Below the pieces are notes generated by a model. It was not told the DNA's origin. It saw nothing but the letters and a program-made list of their open reading frames with translations, and ran no database searches. A stretch of DNA of 64,000 bases from the NCBI GenBank assembly GCA_028023455.1, contig JAQFVV010000001.1, forward strand, positions 25,792,001 to 25,856,000, given 5' to 3'. The position numbers and the translations under genes are program-made. Of the stretch, positions 1-14,400 are shown in pieces. Origin of the DNA: Epiperipatus broadwayi (taxonomy: Eukaryota > Animalia > Onychophora). Each line of letters opens with the position of its first letter. The stretch's first letter is position 1.

Positions 1-499
1 CATCCAATTCTTAGGGGCTATTATTTATAAAATATTGTCTTGCTCATCTTTGAGAGTCTTAAAGGCAAATATTATACATATATAAAAAAAAACTATACCT
101 TACTCTCTCTGGAGTCTTAGAGATAAAATCATGGCAGGACTACTGTTAACTGCTTCATGATAAATAGTAACTAACATTACAATTTGGGTTGAAGTAGTGA
201 AAGAGATCAATCAGTCACAAGTGACATAAATACATCACATCCTCAAGACAATGACAAAAATTCCCCATCCAACATCAATACTTGCAACAAAACCAACCAA
301 ACTTCACCAATCAAATATGCAATCCAATCTTAAAAATTATGGATTTTCTATAACACAAATTTTCCAAATATAGATAAAATTACTATTCTACAATTTAACA
401 TCATCAATATAATTTTAAATTGAAATTAAGCTGTTTTATGACTGTTTTATTTCTCATCATAAAAAAAAATTAAACACACATCTCTCAAATATGCGGTGC

Positions 500-740
500 A
501 TTTCAAGCCCTAATTATCTTATTTCGAGCTCTATTTGATGTGCCAAAAATGTAACAGACTGCATATCCTATATGATCTCAAATGAAAATAAACATATGTA
601 ACAGACCAAATTATATTTGATGCCTGGAAATCATTGATTCAATGCCACACAATTGGGCTCACCAAAAATGTAACGGACCGACAAATAGATAAACATATAG
701 CCGACTGCATTGTGACATCAAAATGCAGTGGGATATAAAT
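500..740 (+). mobile_element. Possible decayed zinc-knuckle (gag/ORF1-like) retroelement remnant
   Basis: Translates to CQKCNRLHIL and later QKCNGP with frameshifts; the 'atgtaac(a/g)gac' motif recurs three times. Weak. Confidence 0.25.
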
Positions 741-2039
741 AAATGCTGAAAAATTATAATGGAAAATTCCCCATCCATCATTAACACTTGCAGTAGAACC
801 AACCATTTACCTAAATCCATCCCATTACATTTACTGAAACAATAATCCAGCTATCCATGGAAAAACTGGAAAGATCCAATAACACTACAACCAAGAGGAA
901 TCTTTACTATCATTCAACCCCCATTCATTTGGCAATATGCACCAGATCCACCCAATTTCATGTCAATCCATTAGATTCCCTAGAATTCAAACTCAGTCTT
1001 AATTTAAGTACTTACTCTGTTCAGGTATAAATTATAAGAATATATCTAGCCAATGTGGGCAATGACGTGATGTTATGGCTTATATAGTACACTCATTGAA
1101 TACATATTACATATATATTTAATATCAAGAGATATGTGAATTCAATGATGTATTCTCAACAAATTATAAATGATCCTTGATGTAAAATCAATTAAAATCA
1201 ACAAATTTATTTTATGTTAACATAGCATATGTAACTATATAAATATACATTTTAAAAAACACTATAAATACGATTCTTACACTTCCACTTAATCTCATTA
1301 AAATAATAACACAAAAAATACATAAAATAATATCATTAACTATAGGTCATTCTTAGTATACATAGGTCTCTACCTTTCATGCCATCATATTAAAAAAAAT
1401 AATTATGATCTTTCATACCAATCTAAACAAATGACATTGTTTATTTATTTATTTATTTTTTAAAAAAAATGAGGTATCATCATATCAATATACAATTTCT
1501 TATTTAATTGAACTAATGGGTTTGTATGTGAATATTATAAATCATGAGAACTGGAATTGCCATCAATTGATTTTATAAGTAATTGTTAGTATGTGTCTTG
1601 TTAATAAAGGATAATATAGGTTTTATTAATAATTAATTTTGTTACTAGTGTTATATTATTAGTGAGTCAAAAATAAGTCTTACCTTCATTTATATTCATT
1701 TCATCATAGTCTAGTCCTTTTTTTTTAACAGAACCATTTATATTTTTTTCTTTATTTCAAAAATACATTTTATATCATGAAATGAATACATCTAAATTCT
1801 TTGGTACTTCCAGCTCAAAAAATCCAATGTGGAAGTAATAAAAATAAATAAATAAATAAATACATAAATGAAGAAGAGAAAACCTTAAAATTATAGCATC
1901 AGTATGTTAACCATAATGAACAGTTACATATCACCATAAAATTATAAACGATTTAGTAAACCTCTTGATCAAACATGAGCATCTTCTTTAAATGAAAAAA
2001 TTCATGATAGATTGAGAATTCTCAGCATCTTTTATTTGC

Positions 2040-2270
2040 TTCATTATCCAAGGTAGTGTCTTCCACGATCTATCCAATTCCCACAAGTTGACCAAGTAAT
2101 TTGGATGATCTTTGATTTGGCCACTTTCACCACTGATCTATACACCTTCACATAATATCTGGTTACCATTTTATCTATATGTGATGGTGAGAATTCATAC
2201 CTATGGATCGTGTTCCTCGCCTTCTTCAAAACCCATCTGAGTTGCCTTGACCTTCACAATGATTTTTTTA
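2040..2270 (-). mobile_element. RTE-like LINE ORF2 C-terminal remnant
   Basis: Minus frame reads SRQLRWVLKKAR..., resembling the 'R.LRW.GH..R' motif near the end of RTE ORF2. Confidence 0.4.
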
Positions 2271-2292
2271 GCACACCTGCATCATTTTTATG

Positions 2293-2349
<57 letters not shown>

Positions 2350-4239
2350 CATAAAATTCTTTTCTTATATCAGCATTAGAAATGTTATAGCTATATACCA
2401 AAACGAAACACGATTAAAGTCAGTTTTTTTATTTTGATGATAAACGTTATTAAATTTAAAACTTCCAACAGTTCTATAATTATTAAACGCTTGATTATGT
2501 AACTGAATATTTTATCATATTTTTATAGCAAATAGTTCAATATAATTATCAATAACAAAAAGAAAAAATCTTGGTCCCTGTTATGCTTTAATCAACAGGT
2601 TATAATTTGTTTATTTTTAAATTTTCATAGTTTATAAAGTTCAATTTCAATGGATATATAGTGATATTCTTTCGTTTCAGTTTTTTTTTTTTACACATAT
2701 AGATCAAATTCATAACTTATAGTCTATGTATATTTACTGTCCAATAATTCTTTCTTTCAAAATGCTGAAAACTTTTTGCCCAAATACAATTTTAAATTAA
2801 CTGTCTTGCCATCCTTAGCGAATAAATAAATGAAAATCTCACGTATAATCTTCTCGATACATATTTTTAACTTTCCAGCCATTAAAGAACAACAACAAAA
2901 AAAAAACAAACATTGTTATTGTTGTTATGGTTACATTGTAATCATCAGGTTTTCTCTTCCCCTTTTTATTACAATTCTAAGTTATAAAATCGTTTTTTTT
3001 ATAAAGTTTTCTCAATTGTTCTGTCAAATTTGTTATTTTAAAATATTAATAAAATTAAATTTAACAACAAATTTATGATTTTGTTTTAAGCATTTCCAGT
3101 TCATTAAACTACAATATAGATTTGATTCATACTGTTATATATCATTAATTCGTGATTTCAATAGATGTATTACTTTTATAAATCAACACATCCATGTATA
3201 TATTTATGTTTAATGCATTTAATGATAAGGAGAAGTATGAGACTTATAGCCATTCTTACAATATATATATATATATATATGTTTTTGCAAACTTTTAGTT
3301 TTCAATTTTTAATTCTAACTTTTATTTAATAACTTTTTATTTGCTGAACATTTATACTTAAATTTTTTAAAAAAAATTATGTAATGGCATGTGTGCCCAT
3401 TACAATAATAATCATCTGAATTCACATATTTAACTTCTAATCTATTACTCACAATAAAAAGTAATGCTGGGATACTAATACATGTTGATCATCATCAATG
3501 CCCTTATTACTTACTATATAATATCATAAATTAATTTCTAAACTAAAAAAAGAAAGTGCAGTGAATAGTCTTTAAAGATTATACCTTTGCACCATTTAAA
3601 GATCTATCTGAATGTTTAAACACAATTATAAATGTCTATATATAAAGAGATTAACCATTATTACTCTTTAGAGGTAGCTCAAGATCCAAGACATTAGGAA
3701 CTGTTATTGTGTATAAGAGAAAGTAAAATGTTTAAGCTTACTTTCTAATAATTAAAATAGTATTATTGAGATAATTTACAGAATCCTTTAAAATACTATT
3801 TTATTATGAAATCAAGTCATATACACTACCAGTTTATAGAACAGATAACAGAAGGAATAAAGACATTAAACTATAATTTTTTAACAATTATTTAATAAAT
3901 CAACTAATAAATAATAAAAAAATGCAATAAATAGTATGATATGATATTTCTAACTCTCATACATTTTATAAAAAAATATCATTTTTATAGAAAATATAAG
4001 TAACCATTTATCAACTTTTATTTTCATTAAGTTATTTCATTTTTAATAACTAAATCTTGAAAACAACTTTTAACAATAAGAGATAAAGAAATGGTACATT
4101 AACTAAAAACCTTTTTTTATAAATTTGGAGAAAAAAAATCAAATGAAAAAAGACATGTTTTAAAAGAACATGTTAAATCAAAAAAATTATTCATTATTAG
4201 CAAATATTATTTATATAAAAAAATTATCTTAAGTGCCGG

Positions 4240-4900
4240 TATAATGTGCACATCAAAATATTTTTTACCATGGATTTTCTTTTGAGTTATTCTTTGTTAG
4301 CTATAATTTTCAGTTTTCTTTCTTGTTAGCTCCCATTGTAAACTTCTTCATTCACACATTTTCAGGGTACTGTACACAGTCAAATTTCTCAATTTTTGGA
4401 GAATATTTTAGGCTTCTACATGGAATAAATTTATCATTTTTTACTAATTTCCAGATCAGGCTAACACATGATGGAAAAGACAACTATGCTCTTGAATAGA
4501 GACAAGACTTGTTAAAGATTACTTCAGAATTATATTTTATTTTATATTTTCTCTAGTGAGCAGGTTTTATGGTTGAGATTTTCTCCTAGACAAGGGTTAG
4601 TACTTTTTTAAATCCATGTTAGAAAACATTTTTCTAAACTAGTAGTAAGACATGTCTTATTTCAACCTGCTAAAACTGTTTCTCATAGTTTATGCCCAGC
4701 TGGACTACTTGTGTCTCTTTACAAGCTTAACCAAGACTAATTTCTATTGTTTCCTTCCACATCTGAATCAAGAATGACTGTTTTTCTTAAGATACTAAAG
4801 TCAACTGATTTACCTTGTCCGCTATCTGATTTTTGGAATAATCTTGTATCCATCCAATCACATTTTGTTTCCTACAGAACCAAATTAAACACTGACCATC
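4240..4900 (-). mobile_element. LINE APE-endonuclease remnant, possibly the same element as 2040-2270
   Basis: Minus frame TVDGQCLIWFCRKQNVIG...KNQI resembles 'N.NG..L..FC....L.I.N...KNQIDFI'; KENPW-like linker downstream; many stops. Confidence 0.5.
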
Positions 4901-6599
4901 TACTGTTACAAAAGAATTATTTATTATTCCCCTTTTTTATATATAAAAAATTACCCTGTAGTTGATTTTGCTTATTTCAAAAATCAGATAATCTTTTAAT
5001 TACCAGGATTTAAAAACATTGCTTATTGCTTTGAACAGAGATAAAGAGAAAATTAAAAAAAAAAAAAACTCTAATTAATTAAAACAAAATTTAACAAAAA
5101 TATACATCTTTTTTTTTTCATTTAAAAACTTTGTTTATTAACTCTCTTATTATTATTTTTTAAAAATTAAAATTAAAACTTTACTTATTTTCTCTTGGTA
5201 TTTTTTTGCAAAAAATAATAAAACTTGTAAATAATTAAAATTACTTAAGAGAGAGAATAAAAAAAATATTTATTTAATTTTTTCTTTTTTTTTTTTACAA
5301 ATATTTATAACACATGAAAATGATATTCACATTATTATTTTAAAATGTTTTGAAACTATCATGTCATAATTTAAGAAATGTAGACTTTTAAATAAATGAA
5401 TAGTTGATATTATAAAAAAACCATAAAGGAAGATTAAATTTATCATTTTCCCATCAATTAATGCATTTTAAATTTAAAAAGCTTGCAATATTTGATATGG
5501 CCAGAATTAGCCACTATAATATATATATATATATGCAATAATATTATGATTCGATGACTGTGTTTTTAAAGCAATATACGTAATTATATAACTCAATATT
5601 TGTAAATACAGTAACTAAATAATTAAAAAAATATTTACATATATATATATATTGTAATGATATATATAAATATCATTACATTAATTTAAAATAAAATCTT
5701 AAAGTTCGCAAATAAAAATAAAATCTATTAAAAAAAAAAAAACTAAACGCTAAAATTAAAATGTTTGTTAAACATATATATTCGCACAGATGTTAAACTT
5801 TAAAAATATTTTTTTTCATAAACAAAAAAAAAAGTATTTGAACGTATTTTTTTATAAAAAAAATACAAGATTTAAATATAAAAATGATTTAATAAAGAAA
5901 TAATGTAAGTAAAAATAAAAAAACAGGTATTAATTAATTCCTGTAATCTGTAAATGGAAATGATTGTTTATTAATTGAAAAGCAAGCTAGCCTTGGGCTC
6001 TTCTGTAATTAAAAAGTCAGATGAAAATTAGATAAGGAATAAAGAGATTTTAGCTTGACCAATGGAAGGAAATAAAGGCCTGGACCATAATGAAAAAATG
6101 AAACAGTGATGTTTTTGTTCGTGGAATCCATAGGAGGACTATAAAAAGAAAAATATTGAGTTCCAGTCAGTTTTCAAACTTGATTTGGGGAGACAAACGA
6201 CAAGGTGCACTTGTCGTTCTCTCTCACTTATTTAAAAAAAAAAATGAAAAGACTGTGATACCAGAATGGAACCAGCTAATGCCACCTCCAGAACATTATT
6301 TTCCAATGGAGACGTCACGGGAATTAAAAAACAGGAACCTGGACTCTTCTACCATAAGCTATATTGACATGAACTCTAAATTTAAAAATAATTAAGAACT
6401 TTCATTCAAGCTTATGAACTTCTATCTGACTTTTAAGTTTAAAATCAATTGATAATGTGTAATTTTATATATGTTTGTGTTTGATAAAAAAATCATTTCC
6501 ATTTATTATTTTATTTGTATTAATATTTATTGTTTAAATTTTAAATGAGGGAAGTTAAGGTTGGGTATAGACATTGCATAGATTCATTAGCAGTTAATA

Positions 6600-7280
6600 A
6601 TGTTGTGGTTTTCACATTTGATTAGAATATATAGGTCAACGATGTCACTGCAAGCATCTTACGATGAATGCTATTGGGTTTTGTGTATTCCCTATGCAAT
6701 TGACATTATCGATGATTTTGTATTTTGATCGGTTGTGTTTATTTTGAAATGTTTTTAACCATGGAATCTGTGCAGCCGATCTATACTCAACATTATAAAA
6801 CAAATTATATAAAATTCATCTGTGCGAATGTACTTAAATGTTAAATTTAAGTCGGGCGTGAATGGCTATATAGTTTTGTAAAGTTATATTAAGGGAGGGT
6901 AATCTTAGGTTATTCGTTTCGTAGTTGAATTGGTTCAATGGATTGGATATATTTGTGTAATTAGTAGATGTAGTATGAGATCCGCTACAGGCAGGATTGC
7001 ATATATACGCCACACCTTCTGTTTGCCTATGGATGGGTTTGTAAGACAGCAAAGAACCGCAATCCATTCCTATGGAGTTTTATGTTTATTGTTCTACTCA
7101 CCAACAGATGTAGCATTCCTGTTGGTGGAGAGACAATGTCTTCTCTAACTCTACTTACTGTTCAGACATACATTCCTGACAGTATAGTATTTTGTGTTGT
7201 CATATTTTCATGCTACATTGAATACATAAATGTATCAGATGGATTGACACCAGTTTGACTGTGAACTTTTTGGCCTAAGG
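6600..7280 (-). mobile_element. Possible LINE APE-endonuclease remnant
   Basis: Frameshifted motifs SNWCQSI (QWNC.SI), ILYCQE (I.C.QE) and RQTEGVAYI (R..GGVAIY) occur in the expected order. Confidence 0.3.
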
Positions 7281-7911
7281 TTAAATAAGGGATAGAATTT
7301 TTTTTTCAAATACAATCTATATAGTCTATTCATACTTGACTCTCTAAATAAATATTAAACTCATTATTGAAATCTATTCAAATGTAAAATTAAAGATTAA
7401 TATAAACATCTAAAATGTTAAACTTATTCCTCAAATTAGAATGATTTGATATGTGCATAAATAAATATTTTTATGTATTAATTTCTGGCAGTGGCTTTTA
7501 TTTTTTTTAATATTTGAGATATAAAGTTATATTTTATAATCTCTGCTGTTCCACTGAGCTAGTGACTTGGGCTAACGATCTAAATATTTAAAAAAAAGTG
7601 GAATCTTAACAGCACGTATCTGCCTACTCTATAAATTTTTCTAGGTTTAAATGCCTAGATGGCGCCCTGTAGAGCAGATATCGTAGTTTGCGGTTAAATT
7701 CGATCTTCACTTGCATTTGGATCGTTATAATATATATATATAGAGAGAGAGCACTGAATTTATTATATATATGTATATTAAGCACTGGAGGTAAACTATT
7801 ATATATATATGAACTGGGATTTATGTCCATTTTGATCTGGTATATTTTTCAAATTAGCTGAAGATGATCCTAGATTTGGCCACTATCTAGAATATATATA
7901 TTAAGCACTGA

Positions 7912-7956
<45 letters not shown>

Positions 7957-10814
7957 GCACTGATGGTAATCTATTATTTTAATCAAATATTTTTTCCCTT
8001 AATTTTAATATAGTAGTAATGGAAAACTATTCAGAAAAGTTTAAAATTTTAATAAAAAATAATATCTAAGCATTGCTTTCGATTAGGTCAATCATAATTA
8101 TAGAAATACAATAAAATATATAAATAAAAATAAATATATACATTAAAATTAAGTATATTCTATTATATATATATATATTACAATACATTAAATATTTAAA
8201 TAAAGATAAATTTTAATGTAAGAAAATAATCACTTAACCAATGTCCTTTGTGTGTAACACTAAATAATAACCATACAATTAAATAAACCAAATATACACT
8301 ATTAATTATGTATTAATAATTGTGTAAATCTTTCAATTAAAACCATGTTTATAACAATACCAACTATAAAAATCATACCCATAAATGCAAACAAGCCAAA
8401 ATCTCAAAACACAAAAGAAAGAAATAACAATAAATATGAAATGTGTTTGTTTATTAATCCAGTATAAAATTTTTACAAATATCAAAATGACGTCAACAAT
8501 GCATATAAAAGTGTGAACTTAAACCAATACATTAAAAAATTAAATATGATGTAATATAGAATAATCATACTTTTAGAAGTGATATAATATAGATATGAAT
8601 ATTTTTACTTTTTTAATTGAGATTTAAACTTATTATCAGCCAGTTAACATAGATTCAATTAAAATTTAATTTCAAAATAGTCATTTGAAAACATATATTG
8701 GCAGCCATTGGTAAAATAAAATATGTCCAGAGAAAAAAAATAACAATGGAAGGGAAGTAATAGGAAAAAACCAAGACAATCTTTAAATAGAGATTTATAC
8801 ATTTATCTAATTTTTGGAGAAGTTCATCTGCAGGGAAAAGACAAGATCTGGGAGATGAAAATTAATGCATCAACTTAAACTAGCTATGGATAGGAAAATA
8901 TATAAATTACCATAAAAATGAGTATTTTACCTTTATTCATGAATGTAATTACATTATTGTTATAATTAATATATAAATTATCTCATTTTTTTCCAACTGA
9001 GCAGCACAAGTTCAAAAAGAACTTAGAAGACAGTTTATTATATTATAAGCTCTTTCGTTGTATAATATATTTTACCATAATTTTTTACCTAATATATATA
9101 ATAAATTAAAGTTTTTTATTAACTGTAGGTAATATTAAAATCTTTCTTACTCTCTTTTTTTAAATTTCCTCAACATAGATCAGGCAGCTACACTCTTAGT
9201 TTAATAGGTGATTTCCTTCTTACTCTTAGTACACATTATCTAATAATATTCTGAGAAAATCGTTGGGTCAGGGATTTTTTTTCTAGTATTCAACCAATAA
9301 TATTTATTAATAGAAAAAATAGGATAAAAATACAAATAACTCAATAGACTTAAATACATTATAAAACTTACATATTTATTATGAACTTTCCAAAGCATCC
9401 TGACTTTTAATTATATTTTTACTCAATAGTTTCATGTAAATGCAATGACAATAATAATTGTATTCTATAATATTACATCTCTAAAGATTAATTTCAGGCT
9501 TTACTTCATTCACACTTCAAATTATTCTTTCAAATTGGTTATTTACTACTCAGATGATGGCACTAAATGTTTATGGTGAATTTGAATTATTAAAATGATA
9601 ATATGTATGCTGTGCACTGTTAGCAGCAAGTAAATAATTTACAAAGGCAGAACTGAGATGGCAAACTAATAGTTTAATTTAAACAACCTATGACCATATT
9701 TACAAATGTATGTAGCCTATTTAAGGTGCATTAAAATAATAAAAGGTCATGATGTCCTGCATATAATAAACTTTAATCCTGCTTTTGGACTTACAGAGGC
9801 AGGAATCTTTGAATTACATTAATACCAGAACATATAGACCCGGTTTGGGGGATTTATATACTCCTCAAGACTTGTGGAATCTTTACAACTTTACCAAATA
9901 TAGCATTTGTTACATACTTTATTATATATGGTGTTGTTTTTTATATACACATAGTATTTTTTACACACTTCACCATATATAGCATTTTTTACAGTGTTCT
10001 TACCTTATAAGGCCAACTATGCAACTGTATGACCTAACAACATTGCTACACATTTATAGTTACATAGTAATTTACATAATTATTATATATATATAATTAT
10101 ATCATACAATCATTATACAAAATTCTTGTACAAAGTTATTTTTATTCTACACAATTATTGGTACTCATCGTTTAGACAGGTCAGTCACTTGGTAGTGTTA
10201 TTTCTCTGCAAAATCACAAAAATATACCATTTAGTGGCCACCTCCAGCTATTTTACATCCAGGACATGGCATTATTTTTCTGCAAAAACACAGAAATATG
10301 CCATTATTTGCTTGATTTTCATGCAGATAACAGTGGCTATGTACGTACACTGTTACGCAGTTTATCTGTATGCTATTAAAACTTTAATACAATATGAGTT
10401 GAGGGTAGCTGTACTTTAAATTACCATAACTCTTTAAATATTGTCTTTCAAATAATAATCTTACAAGTAAATTGACACAGTATTGTGTCCTACAAATTGT
10501 TATCCTGTCCACATGCTTCCCTACACATTTTTGAAGGGTGAAAAAATTTGGAAAGTGTATTTGAGAATAAACTTGATGCATGATAATGTGTTTATGCACA
10601 TTTTGTGTGAGAATCTCTGTGATACTAAAAAAATGGCTCAATTTATTCTGTAGTATTTAAAGTTTTGGCAATTGCCTGTGACTAAATACATTCTGATACA
10701 TTGCCAAATATGTGTTTGTGGAGCAAGGATAAAACAGGAGGATTTGCAGTTCAGGTGCAAGTCTACCTCATGTAGACATAAATGTTTGATCCACAAGCAA
10801 ATGTGGAAGAATAC

Positions 10815-11290
10815 TGTTACTAAATAATGTTCGATCATAATTAGTTTTCTGGTTTGAAAATAAGTTTAAAAGTAATTTAGTAATAAAATGATCCCATTTT
10901 ACCACATAATGTTCGATCATTATATTTTTTTAAATTCGTTTTGAAAATGTAAAAGAATGGCAGTCCAAAAAAAATGGTTTGAAAATGAGTTTAATACCAT
11001 TATCAAATAATGTTTGATTGTAATTAGTTTTGGTTTGAAAATGAGTTTAAAAGTAATTTAAAAACAAAAGGATCCCATTTTACCAATTAATGTTCGTTCA
11101 GAAATTGTTTTAAATTAGCTTTCAAAATGTAAAAGAATTTCAATCTGAAAAAATTGTTTGAAAATGAATTTAATACCGTTACTGAATAATGTTCAGTTGT
11201 AATTAGTTTTAAAAATTTAAAAGAATTGCAGTCGAAAAAAATGCACCAAATAATGTTTGATGTAAATTGTTTTAAATTAGTTTGCAAAAT
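10815..11290. repeat. Degenerate tandem repeat, unit about 180 bp with internal sub-repeats
   Basis: Recurring 'aataatgtt(c/t)gat', 'tttgaaaat(g/a)agttt' and 'gatcccattttacca' with a period near 180 bp. Confidence 0.75.
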
Positions 11291-12657
11291 GTCTACCCAG
11301 AATAGTTATAATAGTGTGTTTTTAACAGATAAGAATGTCACCAAGCAGCTGCCCTGTCTAAATGATGAATACCCAATGGTTATACATTTATTATTGCACA
11401 CACGTGTATATATATATTCATTGCTTGACTTCAACAATGCAATGTAATTAAAATGTTCTTACTCAATATCTTTGTTATTGAATTATTTAAAATCATTTAA
11501 TACAGTATGATTTATTTTATTTTCTAGTTACTATTAGCAGCCATTCTTTAAAAAATGCGACTATTTTATAAAATAAATAAATATATATATAACAAGATTA
11601 AAAATGAACTTTGAAATAACGTTACAATGATTCTTTAGTTTATTTAGGTGATATCTTGAGATACTGTCTTTTAACTTTTAAAACTTTTTTTCTGAAATTT
11701 TTTTACATCTTGCCTAATTATAGATCTCCTTTATTTTTCAATTCTCATTTATATTTTCTCATTGGAAGCAATTAATATTGTGTCTCTTTATAATATTTTT
11801 GAGATAAATCACCCAAATTGAATATATGGACTTGGCAGTAAACTCATCTATTTTAGTGTATGAATATTTTAGAAAATGTTCAGAATATACATATGCATAT
11901 ATGTACTGTTATAGAGATTTTTTAATTTAGGCAAAAATATTTTAAATAGAATGTGTTGAAATCATACAGATTGACATTCACTTGATACAAATTACATCTT
12001 CCATAGAAATATTTTTTAATCTCCGCTGTAAGGTTTCGAATTGATTATAATACAAACAGCATTGCAAATGTGAATATGATTTGCAAATATGAGATTATTA
12101 TATTCATTCATATATATATGTGTGTGTGTGTGTATGTGTAATAAAAATAATCAGAATCATATTAAAATGGGCCATAGATCATAAAATTCTAAGAATTACT
12201 ATCTAGTATGTAAAATAAATTTTTTCAGTTATATAGATTAAATATTATATAACTTTTCTTTTACTATATTTTTAAATATAATCAAATTCTGTAATCTTAT
12301 ATAAACAATGAAATATTATCATCACCGTCGCCATGCATTTTAATATCCATTGATAATGATATAACTATCTTATTCTTTTTATATACGACAACATAATAAA
12401 AAATATAGTTTTAATATTTTTAAAAACAAAATATTTAACTATTATTTATTAAATATATTTAACTATTTATTTTTACATCTATTATTACCAATTTTATTTC
12501 TTATTATAAACGCATGTATTGATAAAAAATATAAATATGAAAAATTAATAATGATTATAAAATAGTATTTCTATTTTGAAACATTAAAAAAATATGTAAT
12601 GTGTATGAAACATTAAGAAATAAATGCTAACAATAAATGTATTATTATTTTATTTAG

Positions 12658-12834
12658 TTCATTGAAGAAGATTTTGAGGCGGATGCTACGAACAAAAATT
12701 GTACAGTGATATTTAGAAAATTTGAAAACTCAAATGAGGCTTCAAAATCAATTCGTGATATTAAGAAAAGTAATACAAAAGTTATAATTGCAATTTTTAA
12801 TGATTCTGAGTATGGGATAATGCTAATGTGTAAA
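12658..12834 (+). CDS. Internal exon of a GABA-B-like class C GPCR (VFT domain), FIEEDFEADATNKNCTVIFRKFENSNEASKSIRDIKKSNTKVIIAIFNDSEYGIMLMCK
   Basis: Acceptor tatttag, donor gtaagt; 177 nt, phase 0/0, open frame. Resembles the 'IK..D.RIII..F...A..L.C' segment of GABA-B receptors. Confidence 0.88.
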
Positions 12835-12910
12835 GTAAGTTGCAAAATTAATGAAGTTTTAATTCAGCAATGAATTTCCAGTTATAACTTATTTTTCATT
12901 TATTCTTTAG

Positions 12911-13120
12911 GCTTTTAAAGAAAATTTTTATGGTAAACGTTATCAGTGGCTTATTGTAGCAAACGATAATAAATATTGGTACACCACAAATAGAACCATG
13001 TTAGATATTAACTGCACTGATTGGGAACTTCAACGCGTTCTTGCTTACTCTATTTACATAGAACGTGCATTAGTTTTTGAAGATACAAAATTACTGGAAG
13101 TAAAGTCCGAATCCGGATTG
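12911..13120 (+). CDS. Internal exon of GABA-B-like GPCR, AFKENFYGKRYQWLIV...KSESGL
   Basis: Follows a 76-nt GT-AG intron; 210 nt, phase 0/0, donor gtaaga. Motif matches GABA-B 'AYK..MYG.KYQW.I' and the following 'NCT..E' segment. Confidence 0.9.
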
Positions 13121-13215
13121 GTAAGAAATGTTATAAAGTGAGTAATTTTTTGTAAGTAATCAAAACTAGTAAAATGTTAGTATTTTTATAGATCATTTTG
13201 TATTTTATGTTTTAG

Positions 13216-13461
13216 TCTCAAGGGGAATTAAAAACATTAATCTCTGAAAAAATAATGCTAAAATACAATATATCTAACCCCACTCTTCATAAATATGTTT
13301 ATTCAGCTTTTGATGCTGTGTGGGCTATTGGAAAAACAATTGATGATGTGTTGCACAGAATATCAGACGATGAAGAGTTAACAAATTATAATTACGAAAA
13401 CACACAATTAGGCAATAATTTAGCATTGGAAATGAGGTCTACAAAATTTCAAGGGGTTACA
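13216..13461 (+). CDS. Internal exon of GABA-B-like GPCR, SQGELK...YVYSAFDAVWAIG...TKFQGVT
   Basis: Follows a 95-nt GT-AG intron; 246 nt, phase 0/0, donor gtaagt. 'AFDAVWAI' corresponds to YAYDA.WA.A and 'FQGVT' to F.GVTG of class C/VFT receptors. Confidence 0.92.
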
Positions 13462-13895
13462 GTAAGTATTAAAGTAAAATTAAAATATAGTTGTTTTTAT
13501 AAAATATTTCAAAAAAGTAATCTGAGATATTTTAAAAATCTAAAAAACATATTTTATTTTTATTTTTTATATTTATTACTATTTAATTTTTTATAGCATT
13601 TTAATATTAATATTAATTTAATATATATTTTATAATTGTACATATATTAAAAACCTTGAAGTTTTTTTTTCAGAGTTAAAGCGAATAAATTTACATTTTC
13701 ATTTCATATAAAATCGCTTATTAAATTATAAAAGAAAATAAATCCCGAAAATTAATATTCAATGTCAAGAAATTATCTGAACACCTGTAAGAATTTTTGA
13801 AAATTATTTTAAATACTAATTATTTTTATTTTTAAATATTACACACACACGTATATATACACAAATAAAAAGAGTAAACTCTTTGAATACAAATA

Positions 13896-13987
13896 AAAAG
13901 CACTCTAAATATTGAACAAAGGATCAAGAATAGAATGAATCCATTCATTTTATACTTGATCCTTTGTTTAATATTTAGTGCGCTTTT
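13896..13987. repeat. Near-perfect 45-bp-arm inverted repeat (hairpin / MITE core)
   Basis: aaaagcactctaaatattgaacaaaggatcaagaatagaatgaat, a cc spacer, then its reverse complement with a few mismatches. Confidence 0.85.
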
Positions 13988-14129
13988 AATTCATATCCTA
14001 AGGGTGGGTGATTTATTCCCTTTGTTTATATATTCATTGAGCTATGTTTAATTATATATATATATATAAGTGTGTGTGTGTGTACACTTTAAATTAATGT
14101 GTATTTACCTCACATTTAACCAATGGCTA

Positions 14130-14400
14130 GCATATCCTTTGGATTTTGAGGTTCCAGGAACAAATATGAAGTCGGACTCTCAGTAAATAAAAAATTAATA
14201 TATAAATAAAATCTTTAATTTTTAATACAAGAAAGAAATATATATAATATTTATTGTTATCTAAATACAAACTATCAGCCGTTTTCCTGTTCATAAATAT
14301 GGTCAAACTGTGAGACATTTGGAAATTTGTTGCCCTTCATTTCAAAAGTAAGCTTTAGTTGCCAATACCAATTCATTGTTGAATAAGGTTTTTTTTTAAA
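14130..14400 (-). mobile_element. LINE APE-endonuclease remnant
   Basis: Minus frames NNELVLAT...SQFDHI resemble 'L.I.NT.F...QIDHI'. Confidence 0.3.

Noticed and set aside
2374-2437. Plus frame IRNVIAIYQNETRL resembles GABA-B R2 'RVGTIYQNEPR', a candidate upstream exon
   Set aside because: The only nearby donor (aa|gtcagt) is phase 2, while the exon at 12658 needs phase 0; the frame stops at 2437 and upstream is a TA microsatellite. Chance or decayed sequence.
6195-6220. Hairpin acgacaag-gtgca-cttgtcgt as a Helitron 3' end
   Set aside because: Not followed by CTRR at the expected distance.
7845-7890. ctgaagatgatcctag, a possible further hammerhead core
   Set aside because: No downstream GAAA or stem III/stem I pairing.
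10380-10800. Possible transposase fragment (CREACGQDNN, similar to DNC.GQN.N)
   Set aside because: A single weak motif with no supporting neighbours, so not called.
13462-13596. 3' extension of the 113-aa ORF at 13255-13596
   Set aside because: Read-through into the intron after the gtaagt donor at 13462; the true frame continues at 22072.
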